A DNA stretch of 63,506 bases, filler included, from Octopus bimaculoides (taxonomy: Eukaryota): NCBI RefSeq assembly GCF_001194135.2. It is 4 parts of 3 records of this genome, joined end to end, with 100 filler letters (N's around TTAATTAATTAA, not from the genome) between each part and the next. Parts side by side here need not be neighbours in the genome. Positions count along the whole stretch, not along the records: positions 42,288 to 63,506 come from NC_068981.1; 3 more parts are not named here. The stretch is one strand, 5' to 3'. The translations under genes and the position numbers were made by a program. The notes below the pieces were generated by a model. The model worked only from the letters and a program-made list of their open reading frames with translations. It did not search any database and was not told where the DNA came from. Position 1 is the stretch's first letter, and the number at the start of each line of letters is the position of its first letter. Below are positions 50,240 to 63,506 of this stretch, one piece after another.

Positions 50240-50720
50240 CGAGTTCTCTAACTGCCTTGTTACTCTTGTCCAACTATTGATATTGCTTCTCCGATACGAT
50301 GTTTGCTGCCTCTAGTCTTCGTTCCATGATGATGTTCTCCAGACCTCTGGTTCTTCGAATACGAATGGCCAGGACAGATGAGCTGTTGCTTTTTTGACAA
50401 TGTTCAGGTGGTATCGTCTTTCATCTTCTTCTTATAGCATCCCATTCATGTTTCCTGTGTCTTTGTAAGAGACTGAAATAATTCTCCTATACACCCACAC
50501 TTCGAACGTATTGATTAGACTTCAATCTTCAAATTTGATTACACTTCAATCTTCGCAAGCATAACTACTTGTTGGCTAAATGAGCGCACTCAGTAACCTT
50601 GTTTTTAAGTTCTGATCTTTTACAGCTGCTGGTGTTATTAAGCTTTTCCGTTGACGTTCTTTCTATAGCTAGTCGTCTCCTAATTTCTTTATTGCATGTG
50701 GCTTCATTAGAGAAGATTTA
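50240..50720 (-). mobile_element. RTE-clade LINE C-terminal relic
   Basis: Minus frame TFEVWVYRRIISVSYKD resembles the RTE motif AFEMWCYRRML.ISW.D; degenerate. Confidence 0.6.
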
Positions 50721-52020
50721 AACTTTAAAATTAATTACAACGAACGACGATATACATCGCCAAATTACTCCAATATACACCACTGAGAAACCCATTGAGA
50801 AGAATACCTTTTGGTATTACTTGTTCTATTGGAGAGTATTCAGGATTACTTTTAATGGTTGCTGAATTAACACGGGCATCACGAGATAGATAAGTTATTA
50901 TGAGACTCTATAAAATCCTCCAATCTGACATTCTCTTGTAATCCTTTCCATGGGCCTGTATCTGCAGCTTCACCATACATTTGAGTGCTACGTAGATTGT
51001 TCCCTCATGGGAATCCATTAAATCATGGTCTCTAGATGTAACTTATCTAATCTTCCTATGTTTAAATCCGCCCATTACTTGTTCCTATATAAGTTGTCTA
51101 TTCGTTACAAATTTGTCGTCTGCCCATAGAATCTACATTTGACATTGGGGATTCAACCAACGTTCTGGCCAAATGTAAAGATTTACGCATATATGCCTGG
51201 CGTTTTGTCCGTTTCGAATCACGTCAACAGTTATAATTTCTCATCCTGTGTAATGTTTACTTTCGCAACTTAAGATAACCTTCGATACTTGCAACTGCAG
51301 GTCGTTTTCTATTCATAATTAGCTAAAAAAAAAAAAAAACGCTGTTTATGATTTGATTTTCGAGGAAAACAATTTCACTTTTTGCGATGGAAAAAGATAT
51401 CTCACTCACAATTTTACATTTGTGATGCAGTTAACAACATAGCAACAAAAGCATTCTTGGTTTCGCATTTTTTACAATAATTTACCTTTTTAAAGTAGCT
51501 CAGAATTGTTTGCAATATATATTTTAACTTCACATTTAAACCATATTCTATTTGGAACAAAATCAATGACTTGAAACATCAAAGAAAATAATAAGAGTAG
51601 ATTAACAAAGGGTGAGAGAAATGCGAAAAAAAGTTTGAGGTAAATACAACTGAAGAGGAGATAACATGGCATTTTATGATTTCGGAAAAAGTGAACTTCC
51701 AGTTACGAAGAGTGAACGCGTTGTGGAAACAATGATCAGATCTTCAGCGACAGCACCAGGTAAAAGAGTAGTGCTTTGAAATAACATGAATGAAGAATAG
51801 CAGGCGGAATATCAGGAAGATCTTCCGAAAAGAGATCGAGTGCAACGAGGAAACATATGCATAGAATAATTATCTAAGAAATGTTCAAACGTGAAGGCAA
51901 GTTCAGATACGATTTAGTGTTCCCATAATGCAACATCTGAATGTAAGAGATGTGATTTTCTCTTTTAATGATTTAATTCGTTTTTTCTTACCTCAATATG
52001 TAGATGTTATTTATATATAA

Positions 52021-52510
<490 letters not shown>

Positions 52511-52549
52511 TAATAAAAGAATATACATTTATTTATATATTTATATATA

Positions 52550-53740
52550 CCAGGTGTAACAGGTAAATTGGGACTATCTAAATATTTTTTATTATAATTC
52601 AGAAAAATCAAACACTAGAAATGTTATACTTATGCTAACTTATTGTGGAGTGTTTAGCACTTATTTCAGTTTAATGTGACCGCCATTAGCTTTCTTTACC
52701 AGTTCAATGAATTTACGAAGTGATGGGCATGCCTTAACTATTCCTTCATTCTTCATTTTATCGAATGCACGCTTAATCGAAGCCTTCAGTGAAGTTGCGT
52801 TGTATATTGCTTCAACTGCGCCTCACAGCCAACAATCACACGGATTCAAATCTGGTGAGCTAGAGGGCAAGATATCTTTAGGAACAAAGATGGGCAATTC
52901 CTTCTTCAAAGTTTCTTCCACACTTTCGAAGAATGGATGGGCGCAGAGTCCTATACAAACATTACTCGAGTTGTATCATGATTAATAATTTAATTTAAAG
53001 CAACAAAACTTCTCAGATTTGAAGATACTCTGCTGTGTTAATTTAAAGATTCGGTTCAATAAAATAAGGAGGCATCAATTTTCCATCACTTGCAACAGCT
53101 CCAAAACCACAAAGGAAGCCGGATCCTTGCTATGCTATCACTCGTAAGTTTTGATGGTTTGTATGTTCGTTTACCATGAACTTCTTTTCATCCACGAAGA
53201 TGCGGACGTCTTCACCACGATGACTAAGAAGTCTTGGATTTCTTTCAGGTCGAATGACTTTGGAGCGGGTAGTTAGGATGTTATGGTGTCTCCTCCCGGA
53301 CGATTTCATATGGAAGTCTTGTCTCGCAGCCCTAGAAACGGTCGTTTTACTGATTCCTAGATCTTGAGCCAACTTCGCCATCGATTTTGATGGGTTTGAC
53401 TCAATTGATATTTTAAGTGCTGTTAAGAAACGACGTGTGCGTTTTTGATCACTACGTGGACTGTAAAGATTTTTCTGAACACCGTGGTTTTCTTCAAATT
53501 GGCTAAAACTCTAAAAACGGAAAAATTTGGTATACTTTGTCGCTCTAACAATCTCCCCAGCACTGTTTTCTGCGCGGAAAAATTCGGAAATTACAATTAC
53601 ATTTCTACGGTTTAATTCTTTATTAACATTTTTAATTTTTTCAATAAAAAATAAAAAATAGTACAAGTGATTATTCAAGCTAGTAATATTTATAAATTAG
53701 ACTCCGTCCTAATCTACACAATTAAGAAATTTACACCCTG
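52550..53740 (-). mobile_element. Tc1/mariner (maT-like) transposon, near full length, inactivated
   Basis: CAG(G)GTGT-type termini at both ends; MAKLAQDLGISKTTVSRA...FVDEKKFMV...NHQNLRV; ...PSSSPDLNP...LKASIKRAF...ELVKKANGGHI; stops and frameshifts. Confidence 0.85.
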
Positions 53741-54371
53741 AATACACTCACACACACACACACACACACACACAACCTACTATGTAGNNNNNNNNNNNNN
53801 NNNNNNNNNNNNNNNNNNNNNNNNNNNNNNNNNNNNNNNNNNNNNNNNNNNNNNNNNNNNNNNNNNNNNNNNNNNNNNNNNNNNNNNNNNNNNNNNNNNN
53901 NNNNNNNNNNNNNNNNNNNNNNNNNNNNNNNNNNNNNNNNNNNNNNNNNNNNNNNNNNNNNNNNNNNNNNNNNNNNNNNNNNNNNNNNNNNNNNNNNNNN
54001 NNNNNNNNNNNNNNNNNNNNNNNNNNNNNNNNNNNNNNNNNNNNNNNNNNNNNNNNNNNNNNNNNNNNNNNNNNNNNNNNNNNNNNNNNNNNNNNNNNNN
54101 NNNNNNNNNNNNNNNNNNNNNNNNNNNNNNNNNNNNNNNNNNNNNNNNNNNNNNNNNNNNNNNNNNNNNNNNNNNNNNNNNNNNNNNNNNNNNNNNNNNN
54201 NNNNTATATATATATATATTTAAAACTCAGAATTTCTGAGAATCTTGTTAGTAGTTCTATACTGTGATCATTACCAAATATCCCACAAAAAAGAAAGAAA
54301 AAGGAACAAGGCAACATCTCTACAATGGATAATAATAAACGGGTAGAGGTTTATATGTCAGTATATTTATT

Positions 54372-54690
54372 CTTTTATTATTTTACTTGTTTCAATCACC
54401 AGACTGGTAGTTATTCTTAGCAGAACCGCTAAGTTACGCAGACGTAAACACAGCAACAGCGGTTATTAAGTAGTGGTGGGGGACATACAGAGACACACAG
54501 GCACATACATACGCGCGCGCACACACACACACGCATATACGTTGGGCTTCTCTCAGTTTCCACCTACCAAATCCACTCAGAATGTTTTGATCGGCCTGAG
54601 GACTATAGTGCCACACAGTGGGACTGAACCCAAAGCCTTCTGGTTGGGAAGCAAGATTCTTTATTTCATATAGTTTTGCCATACAGGCAT
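54372..54690 (-). mobile_element. SINE family B, internally deleted
   Basis: Reverse-complement tail, microsatellite and head. Confidence 0.8.
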
Positions 54691-54849
54691 TACGGAGAAG
54701 GGACAAACAAGGACAGACAAACATAAAGGGTGAAGAAGCTTTTACGTTTTAAAAATGTCAAATCAATCGGATAAAAAAATGAATCAATGAAATATGCAAT
54801 AATAATTTTCAATTTTGAATATGTCATTGCGTTCCGCAATGAGGAGCGT

Positions 54850-55730
54850 TGAAAGAAAAGCACCCGACCATCTAGGTAGAACCTTTATTTTTTAACCCGA
54901 CCTCACTTACCTGGTGCCAATCGCACCCACCTTGCTCACCACAGGCTTCCATCTTTTCACAAACATATCTCGTTATAAACACTTCTTCTCCAGCCTGATC
55001 TTGCTACCGAGATGGTAACTAAAAAAGTTAACCAACCCCTGACCAGAGAAATAGGTGCAAGACGGTTTCCCTATCTTGCCCACATCTAGCTCCATGTCGG
55101 CGAGACGGCACTTCCGTGCCTTCACACCTTATCATGAACGGGTAACGCCGCACGGATGCACTGCCAAATCAGGGATTTCTGGTAATTATCCAGATACCTC
55201 CGCCCGAACGTTCTCTTGAACAGATTGACCAACTGATTTTCATCGTAGCCAATGGTTTCCCCCAAGGCATCTTCTGATATAAATTCTACTAACCCGCTAT
55301 AGAAAGCCGCGGTGGAACTCCTGCTGCCGGCATTGCCCGACAGAGAGTGTAGCTGGAGCGCCTGACGGCACTCCAAATGCCAGTCCCCCAGCTTAGGTCT
55401 CCGATTGATCCATGCACCAATGTCCATTAAGGACGTTAACTGGGGAAGGTAGAACCAAACGTGCGATGGCCACACCTGCTCTCCATCCAGGTAAAGCCAG
55501 AGGTGCCTCAACCTTAACGCGAATTTTCGCATCTTCAGCCAAGGCATCCCTAGCCCACCCTTTAGCGGGTCCTGGCTGCAGTCAGAGCGCTATACAAGTG
55601 GCTTCCCTCCTTTCTACAAACAGCGGAAAAGGATTCTCTCCAACTTGTTCAGCCACAAATCGGGGCAAGGCACCACGGTCAGACTGTAGGTGATTACTGA
55701 TGCTATGAACATCTGCACCACCACCATCTA
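54850..55730 (-). mobile_element. Tx1/L1-group LINE ORF2 C-terminal relic
   Basis: ORF 55122-55547 ...WQCIRAALPVHDKV followed by frameshifted HGSAVSPT...CGQDRETVLHLF, resembling the RT-associated zinc-binding region. Confidence 0.7.
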
Positions 55731-56736
55731 ATTAAATTAACGAAGAAACATATATTAATGCCTCTACTGTACAATCACAATGGAGATTTAGAAATGTTCT
55801 GAAGGCATGTCTCTGTACAATAATTCTTTCATTCTGAATCTACATGTACAATATGACATACGAATATTCAAAGAACAGATTATTTCACTTTATATATATT
55901 TCGCGGTCTGCAGTCTGAATTAAGTGAGGAAATTGTAGTAAATTGTCTTGAACGAGGAATATATTAATAACTTATATACTTGCATTTTAATGCGATTTAT
56001 TTTAATGTCATTTTATAAGTGTATCTATTTTATTACTCAATCTATTCAATAGCTAATTTGTAAATCAAATTTAACTTCGACAACGACGAATATGCTTGCA
56101 CATATATACATAATTAAGTAAACACACACACAAACACACACACACTCACACACGCCCACCCACATGTATGCAAATATAGATACGTATGTACACGCACAAG
56201 CATATATATGGTAATAAGGGAATATAAGGAGAAATATTCGTAAAAGAATCTTCATTTTTGAATAAATATTTAAATGTGCATAAAGAGTGAAAATTTCGAA
56301 TATAAATGTATTCTCGTGCACATTCGAACCTGATGTGAGAAGTCTATATACACCTGCAACTATACATATAAACGCCATATATATATATATATATATATAT
56401 ATANNNNNNNNNNNNNNNNNNNNNNNNNNNNNNNNNNNNNNNNNNNNNNNNNNNNNNNNNNNNNNNNNNNNNNNNNNNNNNNNNNNNNNNNNNNNNNNNN
56501 NNNNNNNNNNNNNNNNNNNNNNNNNNNNNNNNNNNNNNNNNNNNNNNNNNNNNNNNNNNNNNNNNNNNNNNNNNNNNNNNNNNNNNNNNNNNNNNNNNNN
56601 NNNNNNNNNNNNNNNNNNNNNNNNNNNNNNNNNNNNNNNNNNNNNNNNNNNNNNNNNNNNNNNNNNNNNNNNNNNNNNNNNNNNNNNNNNNNNNNNNNNN
56701 NNNNNNNNNNNNNNNNNNNNNNNNNNNNNNNNNNNN

Positions 56737-56773
<37 letters not shown>

Positions 56774-58323
56774 TATTATAAGCTTAAAGCTTATAGCGAT
56801 CACCGCGCAGTGACTACGGAAAATAATACTGCTTAACAAAAACCATTTGCATATATATATATATATATCTTTATGCAAATGTAAGTTTATATACGTATAA
56901 ACGGCCATAATTAAGTGGTTACTACAACACAATGTTGACTTTAACCATTGATTAACATACGCATGACTCCTGCATCGTTTACCTTGTTTCTCTCAATCTC
57001 TTAGGCCACAGACTTTTAAAAATATAATGCAGCAAGCACTCTAAAAATAGTAACCTATAAATGAGCATATTAATATGCATATATTTACCACTAAACGCAT
57101 ACGTGTATGTGTGCGTATAAGCATATACATCCATACACATACTTGCATGTATGTATGTGCAGACAAACATTTATTCATACGAAGATACACATCTAGGCAA
57201 ATATACAGAATTTCTCAACATGTTTTTCTTTTATTAATACGGTGATCAAATTTGTATTTAATACCTAAATGTTAACTACTCTTTTTTTCCTTTCTTTCAT
57301 TTATTTCCCGCTTGCGATATTTTATCTTTTTATTTCCAATAATGAAACTTCATTATGTCGAATTGCACTCCGATTCGCTGATAATTGCATACATTTCAGA
57401 GCAAAGTAACAATTATTTGTTTACTTTGTTTTTGATCTTTACTGGGTAATTTACGTGATAGTGAATACTTTAAATCGTAGTAGTCTTGTAAGGTCTAAGG
57501 TCTGATTACAAGCCTTCGATAGAACTAAAGGATCTGCGTTGCACGTTGTTTATAAAAGAGAGTTTTAAACCATCCACTTGATAAAACGAATAACTTTTTT
57601 TACGATTTTATTTTTGTTCCTTTCCAAGAAATGATCATTTTATACGTATTTTTTTAATGAAAATTGTGCGTAGTGCTAATATCATTATTATTTTTTATTT
57701 CTTCGTGGATTTTGTGCTCTTGCATTTATTTATTTAATATCGTCCTTACAAATTGGCTGTAGCTTTGATTAGGAGAAATTTTGTTTTGTGTTTCACCTTT
57801 ACAACTAGAATTATTGCCAATTGCGATCATTATAGGCTATATAGGACATAACCATAAAACCTCTCAATTTAGAAAGTTGTAATTTCTTTTCTGAAAATCA
57901 TTTACACTTATTTATTTTGTATTTCATTTTCTTCTCTGTGTGAAACTGTGTAGAGAGAGTTAAAAAAAGAAAGGAAAACAAAATTTATACAATTTTCTTA
58001 CACTTTTTATATCGTTTTCTTTAAATTTCACACGTTTCACTACCATATTTCTGAACGAATATTACGTAAAGCAGTAGTAAGTACCCTACAATCAAGCTAG
58101 TTACGATATTTTTCAAGAATGACTTCATTTGCTACAGATAGGAGATGAGAGGAAAGCCAAGATAGTTTTTCTTTTTCTTTTTCGAGAAAACTAGCTGTTG
58201 CCCATGAATCAAAGCATTCAGGCAGTATGCCACAGATGTTTCTCTAAAGGAAAAATGCTATATAGGTCTCTACAGCTTATCCCCCGTATTGCCGCAGGTA
58301 TGACAATCAGGATGTAACGCATA

Positions 58324-58395
<72 letters not shown>

Positions 58396-59107
58396 CATAT
58401 ATATATATTTATGTTTATACATATGCATGCGCACATATACATATGAATATCGTGTCATCGTAGGTGTGATAATCAAAATGCAAATGTGCCGTAGACTTAC
58501 AATATGTCTAATTAATCATATTCCAAAATTTCCGCCGAGATCCCGAGAGGAGAAAGCAAAAACAATACTGACTCACTAAAAGTATTTCTCAGTAAGAGAA
58601 AACAGAAACAATACTGACTCAGAAAAAAAAAAACAATACTGACTCGACCACAAAGAATAAAACAATGAGGAATTCTACTCAACACTCTAAAACTCTTACG
58701 AATTCGCTATCTTTTCGCGTGCACTCACATGCACACATACACACACGTATGTGTGTATGCTTACTTATACACGTACATATGGATATTGCTTAAATTGACC
58801 TCAGCACTCAACTGGCCTTATTTTATTGCCCTCTCGAAATGATGAAAACAGAGTTGACATCAGAACATAAACACGGACGAAAGGACGTTTAGGATTTTGC
58901 TTGGCGTGCTAACAATTCATCCATATTGCCAACTTTGATTTTGATTCTTTCGGAAGGACGGTAAAATAAGTTTCAGTTGAGTACTAGGATCGATTTAAAC
59001 AACTTAGCGCTCTCCCCCAATATAGGTTGCTTTTTACCAATATATGAATCCAACATACATATACATATACGTAAGCATATACATACCAATTTCACTTTCC
59101 AGTATTC

Positions 59108-59480
59108 TAGCTTTTACTTGTTTCAATCATTACATTGCAACAATGCGGGCGTACCGCTTTGAAGTATTTTAGTTGATCGAATTGATCCCTGTACTTGTTA
59201 CTTCTGTTTAAGCGTGATATTTATTTTATCGGTCTGTTTTGCCGGTCCGTTAAATTACGGGGTTGTAAATACACCAATACTATTTGTCAAGCGGTGGTCG
59301 GGGACAAACAAAGACACACACACACATATGTGCGATGTGCTTCTTCCAGTTTCTCTCTACTAAATCCCTTTACAAAGCTTTGTTCGGACCGAGGCTATTG
59401 TAATAGAAATTTGCGTAAGGTGCTACGCAGTGAGACTAAAATGGGAACTATGTGATTGGGAAGCACACTTCTTTGGCGCA
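59108..59480 (-). mobile_element. SINE family B, full length
   Basis: Reverse-complement tail (TTTTACTTGTTTCAATCA...), core and head. Confidence 0.82.
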
Positions 59481-60869
59481 CAATTTCAAGGTGTTCCATG
59501 AAAGGGAAGTATGTTTTACACCGGAACAATTTTAGTGACCCTTGTTTGACTGCGGGTAACTCTTTAATCAGTTATTGAGAAATGCATTAACGCATTATCT
59601 CCTGACAATTCTAAAACACATTTTCTTTTATTTTATCTCAAAAGTTGATACTTTATATCGCTAATATGCTTGGAAGAGGATGTATATATCATAACAGTGT
59701 TTAATCGATTAGTGATATTGCTTCATCGATATAAACGAACTCGTTAATATTGATTTCTTTTCAACTACGCATAAATTTTGTATTTCAGGGAAGTAGAAAT
59801 GCAAAATGTATAATCAGCGGCTGTTTTGTCAATATTTTATTTCCAAAGACCATTAATACTGCAAGTAAAGTAATAAAGCTTTGAGGGGGTATTGAAACTG
59901 TTTCTGGGTTCTTTTTTTGCCGTGATTAAATAATTCACCCCTTGCCACAAAACGAAATAAAAAAAAAAGCATATTGGTAACAAGAGCGCAATGTGACATA
60001 ATTTGAATGAAGGCATAGCCGATTTAATCACTTCTACTACTTATCTGTTGTATAATTTATGAATTTCGAAAGGAGGAAGGTAAAATTTAAGTGTTAAGGG
60101 GTAAACGCAGGTGTGACGAATATTAGATTTCGTTAAGTCAAATATTCTATTGAAAAATTTAAATAGTGATTTTTTATTCATTAAGCTCTGAGCATGAAAA
60201 TTAATTATGAATTTCAAGAAACTACAGAAGCAGACACAAGTGTGCGCAAGATTCTTCTGATACAACTCTAATTCCGATTTGTATCCAGAGTTCCATTATT
60301 ACTAAAGATGATTTTAAAAATTTCTGTGAGATTTAAAATAAAGCAATAAAAATAAAAAAACAAAAAATTATAATATTAATTATAAAGAAATCATTATTAA
60401 GAAGCATTTATAAATATCACAAATGATCATCAAACCATGTATAATTTCACCTCTATATATCCGTAGCAATATTTTAGTTTATATATGTAATTTATGATGT
60501 ATTTTTTTTCTATAGTAATATATGAGTGGCGTTAGTGAATGAATTACTAGTATGTTGTGCAGTAAACTTTGTGAAACTGTATAAAGAAGCATCTGAATTT
60601 ATGTCACACGGTTTAGCTTCTCAATGTAAGAATTAAATATTGTTTACACTGTGTGAAAGAATTATACATATAAATATGACAACCACATTTTTAGTACAAT
60701 TTTAAAGAAAGGTATCAAAAGTGCACCAAATAAGGAATAGCATTTACCATATTGCTGTTAGGTTTCTTTGAATTTTCCTATTGTTCTATATCATTCATTC
60801 CTCGACATGGCTGAACAACCAGTCTCAATCACTCGAGATTCTCAAAAATACTCGAGAGACCGCCCTTCA

Positions 60870-61055
60870 AACGATTTTCCTGATTCACCAGTTCCCTATT
60901 GTACGCCAATCCATCGCGAAGTAACCTATTCACAGCTGAGTGGACTGGAGCAAAATGAAATGAAATGTTAGCTCGTGACCACAACGCGCAGCCAGTCTGG
61001 GAATCGAAGCCATGATCTATCGGTCATGAGTGCAACACAGTAACCACTATGTTAG
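60870..61055 (-). mobile_element. SINE family F
   Basis: GCTGAGTGGACTGGAGCA...GGGAATCGAAG...TAACCACT. Confidence 0.7.
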
Positions 61056-61299
61056 GTGGTTTTACTATATCAGAGAAGTTACATTGTTTCTAATATTTGT
61101 TTTTTTTTTCTACTATGGAGCAGCAAATGCTAACAAGAACAAAATTTTTAATTCAAACTCTTTGGAGAAGATATAATAGACAAAGCTAGGCCTTGTGTTG
61201 TATAAACTCAATTCTTAGACAACAAACAGAATAAAGGTTCCCTGATAATTTTACAAAAAAACGAAAAAAATCATAAAATACCTTGAGAAGTGACAAAAA

Positions 61300-61316
61300 T
61301 AGCAGCAGCAGCAGCA

Positions 61317-61371
<55 letters not shown>

Positions 61372-61450
61372 CAGCAGCAGCAGCAGCAGTTGTAGTAACA
61401 GCAACACGAGTAATAGAACTTGTAGTAGTAACTGTAGCAGCAGTTGCTGC
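61300..61450. repeat. (AGC)n/(AGT)n microsatellite
   Basis: Visible trinucleotide array. Confidence 0.95.
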
Positions 61451-62919
61451 ATAAAATGAAAAAGCGATAAATGAAAATTGGAATGGAATGGCAGATCTCA
61501 AAACTCAATTCGCAGTGGTGCTCAGTTCTTGATTTATGCCACTCATCACCAATGAAAAATATGACTGTAATGATGTACAATTCCCTATAGTGCGCCATTC
61601 CTCTCCATAACAAACAAACATAGTCTCAAAAGAGAAAGGATAGACGCAAAAATAAAGCAAATAGATTAACACACACGTTAACATTATCATGAATACCAAT
61701 CAGTGCACATGTGTAGATAAGAAGAACATTAACAAACTTCATCAGAAATTCGATATTTACTTGTTTGGGCAAATGGTGTGTGCTGGTATACAGGCAGCGA
61801 CGCATAGACACACACACATGTATGTATTTGCATATACATATACATACATACATATATANNNNNNNNNNNNNNNNNNNNNNNNNNNNNNNNNNNNNNNNNN
61901 NNNNNNNNNNNNNNNNNNNNNNNNNNNNNNNNNNNNNNNNNNNNNNNNNNNNNNNNNNNNNNNNNNNNNNNNNNNNNNNNNNNNNNNNNNNNNNNNNNNN
62001 NNNNNNNNNNNNNNNNNNNNNNNNNNNNNNNNNNNNNNNNNNNNNNNNNNNNNNNNNNNNNNNNNNNNNNNNNNNNNNNNNNNNNNNNNNNNNNNNNNNN
62101 NNNNNNNNNNNNNNNNNNNNNNNNNNNNNNNNNNNNNNNNNNNNNNNNNNNNNNNNNNNNNNNNNNNNNNNNNNNNNNNNNNNNNNNNNNNNNNNNNNNN
62201 NNNNNNNNNNNNNNNNNNNNNNNNNNNNNNNATGTATGAACGCATTTATATACAAATGTGTATGCGTTGTTTGCATATACGTTTGCACAGTGCGTTAGTA
62301 CAGTCTGCATCATGTTTTAGTAACAATCTGAAGTGGTAATATGTTGTAGATAAGGAATATAATGATGATCATTACAACATTTAGAAAAAAATGTGAGAGC
62401 AAGCATCACACAGACATAACCACCAAAACACTGGAACGCAAAAAATACATTAGTAAACTTCTACTCAAACAATTATCTCTCTCAGTCTAATGTTTTTGTT
62501 TTCTAGTTTACTTTTGGTATCGTTTCCATTTTCCCGAAAACCCTCAAATGTGGATAGTCACAAGGTATTGATGGCGATAACATAAGGGTTATGAAGGTTG
62601 ATCATTAAGAGATTTAGAAAAAAATACACAGGTCTTTTTTTTAGGACGGTAGAAAAGTTGAAACGAAATAAATAAGAATAAAAAGCAGGAATAAAAAAAT
62701 ACAATATAAAACAAATATAGAAAAACAACGATCAAACTGAAGTTTAATGTGTCACCTTAGTCGATGTTAAAATCAATATCTTTTATGTTCAATAGCTAAA
62801 TATACTGTTTTAGATCTGATTGGCATAGTCTTGAATCAATATCAGCATCTAATGATATTAAACAGAGTTTTGTATTTGGAATCAAGTAAGAATCTCTTTT
62901 GTTGTATTTTTTACAGCAC

Positions 62920-63095
62920 CCTCTTCTTCTTCTTCTTCTTCTTCTTCTTCTCCTCCTCCTCCCCTCCCCCTCCTGCTCCTCCTTCTTTCCTTCTTCTTCT
63001 TCTTTTCTTCTTCTTCTTCTTTTCTTCTTCTTCTTCTTCTTCTTCTTTTTTTTTTCTTCTTCTTCTTCTTATTATTATTATAATCATTATTATAA
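62920..63095. repeat. (CTT)n/(CCT)n/(TTA)n compound microsatellite
   Basis: Visible array; source of the poly-K/E/R/S pseudo-ORFs. Confidence 0.95.
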
Positions 63096-63506
63096 TATCT
63101 TTCAGCTTCCCATAGCAATGTATATGGGTTGCCAAAGTAGGTGGTAAATAAAATAGTGCTTAAAACATTTTATCTAGTCTTCGAATATGTGATAACGCGG
63201 TGTTTGATAGCACAAATATTGCTGCATAAATCATGACAGTATATCATAGAGTACTACGAATTTTGAAAGCACAGGATACAGATGAGACCTTGATATCTAG
63301 AAAATGGATAAAAGAAGTTCCCCACCTAACCTCACCCCCACCCAAAAAACATCAAAGACGAAGACAAAACAAAAGTAAAAGGAAGTACTCAAAAGATTCA
63401 CGATACATACAGACATTCGCACACGCCTAAAATTGTATATATATATACACATACACATATACATACATATATACATACATATATATATATACATACATAC
63501 ATATAT

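Noticed and set aside
51860-51890. NYLRNVQ as part of CCDC39 exon 2 (cf. HFKNVKQ)
   Set aside because: It has in-frame stops on both sides and no usable splice sites.
54905-54914. ACTTACCTGG, matching the U1 snRNA 5' end
   Set aside because: The downstream sequence is not U1; it is a chance match inside the Tx1/L1 relic.

Overview
AT-rich, microsatellite- and SINE-dense metazoan genomic DNA. The repeat families resemble those I associate with Octopus; that assignment is inference. Three artificial 100-bp joins (44 N + TTAATTAATTAA + 44 N at 8095, 29826 and 42188) split the window into four blocks. Block 2 (8195-29825) holds four in-phase + strand exons (245 codons) of the C-terminal coiled-coil region of the axonemal protein CFAP44/WDR52; the expected final exon is not visible. 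Block 3 holds the first coding exon of CCDC39 (38048-38146) with a perfect palindromic RFX X-box just upstream, and a probable first exon of an unidentified - strand gene (ATG at 30944) inside YY1/ETS promoter motifs. The rest is mostly repeats: tRNA-derived SINEs, RTE/CR1/Tx1 LINE relics, Tc1/mariner relics, MITEs and a full-length 5S rRNA pseudogene. The most notable unexplained signals are: (i) two near-perfect 250-300 bp fold-back elements in CFAP44 introns that share a homologous core and occur elsewhere as rearranged copies; (ii) a degenerate hammerhead-ribozyme-like motif in a Penelope-like terminal fragment; (iii) strong CpG depletion confined to the CFAP44 block; (iv) a 62-bp minisatellite with apparent 5-unit higher-order structure that grew inside a retroelement. 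All protein identifications rest on remembered human sequences, not database searches. Repeat boundaries are approximate unless a target-site duplication (TSD) is given.
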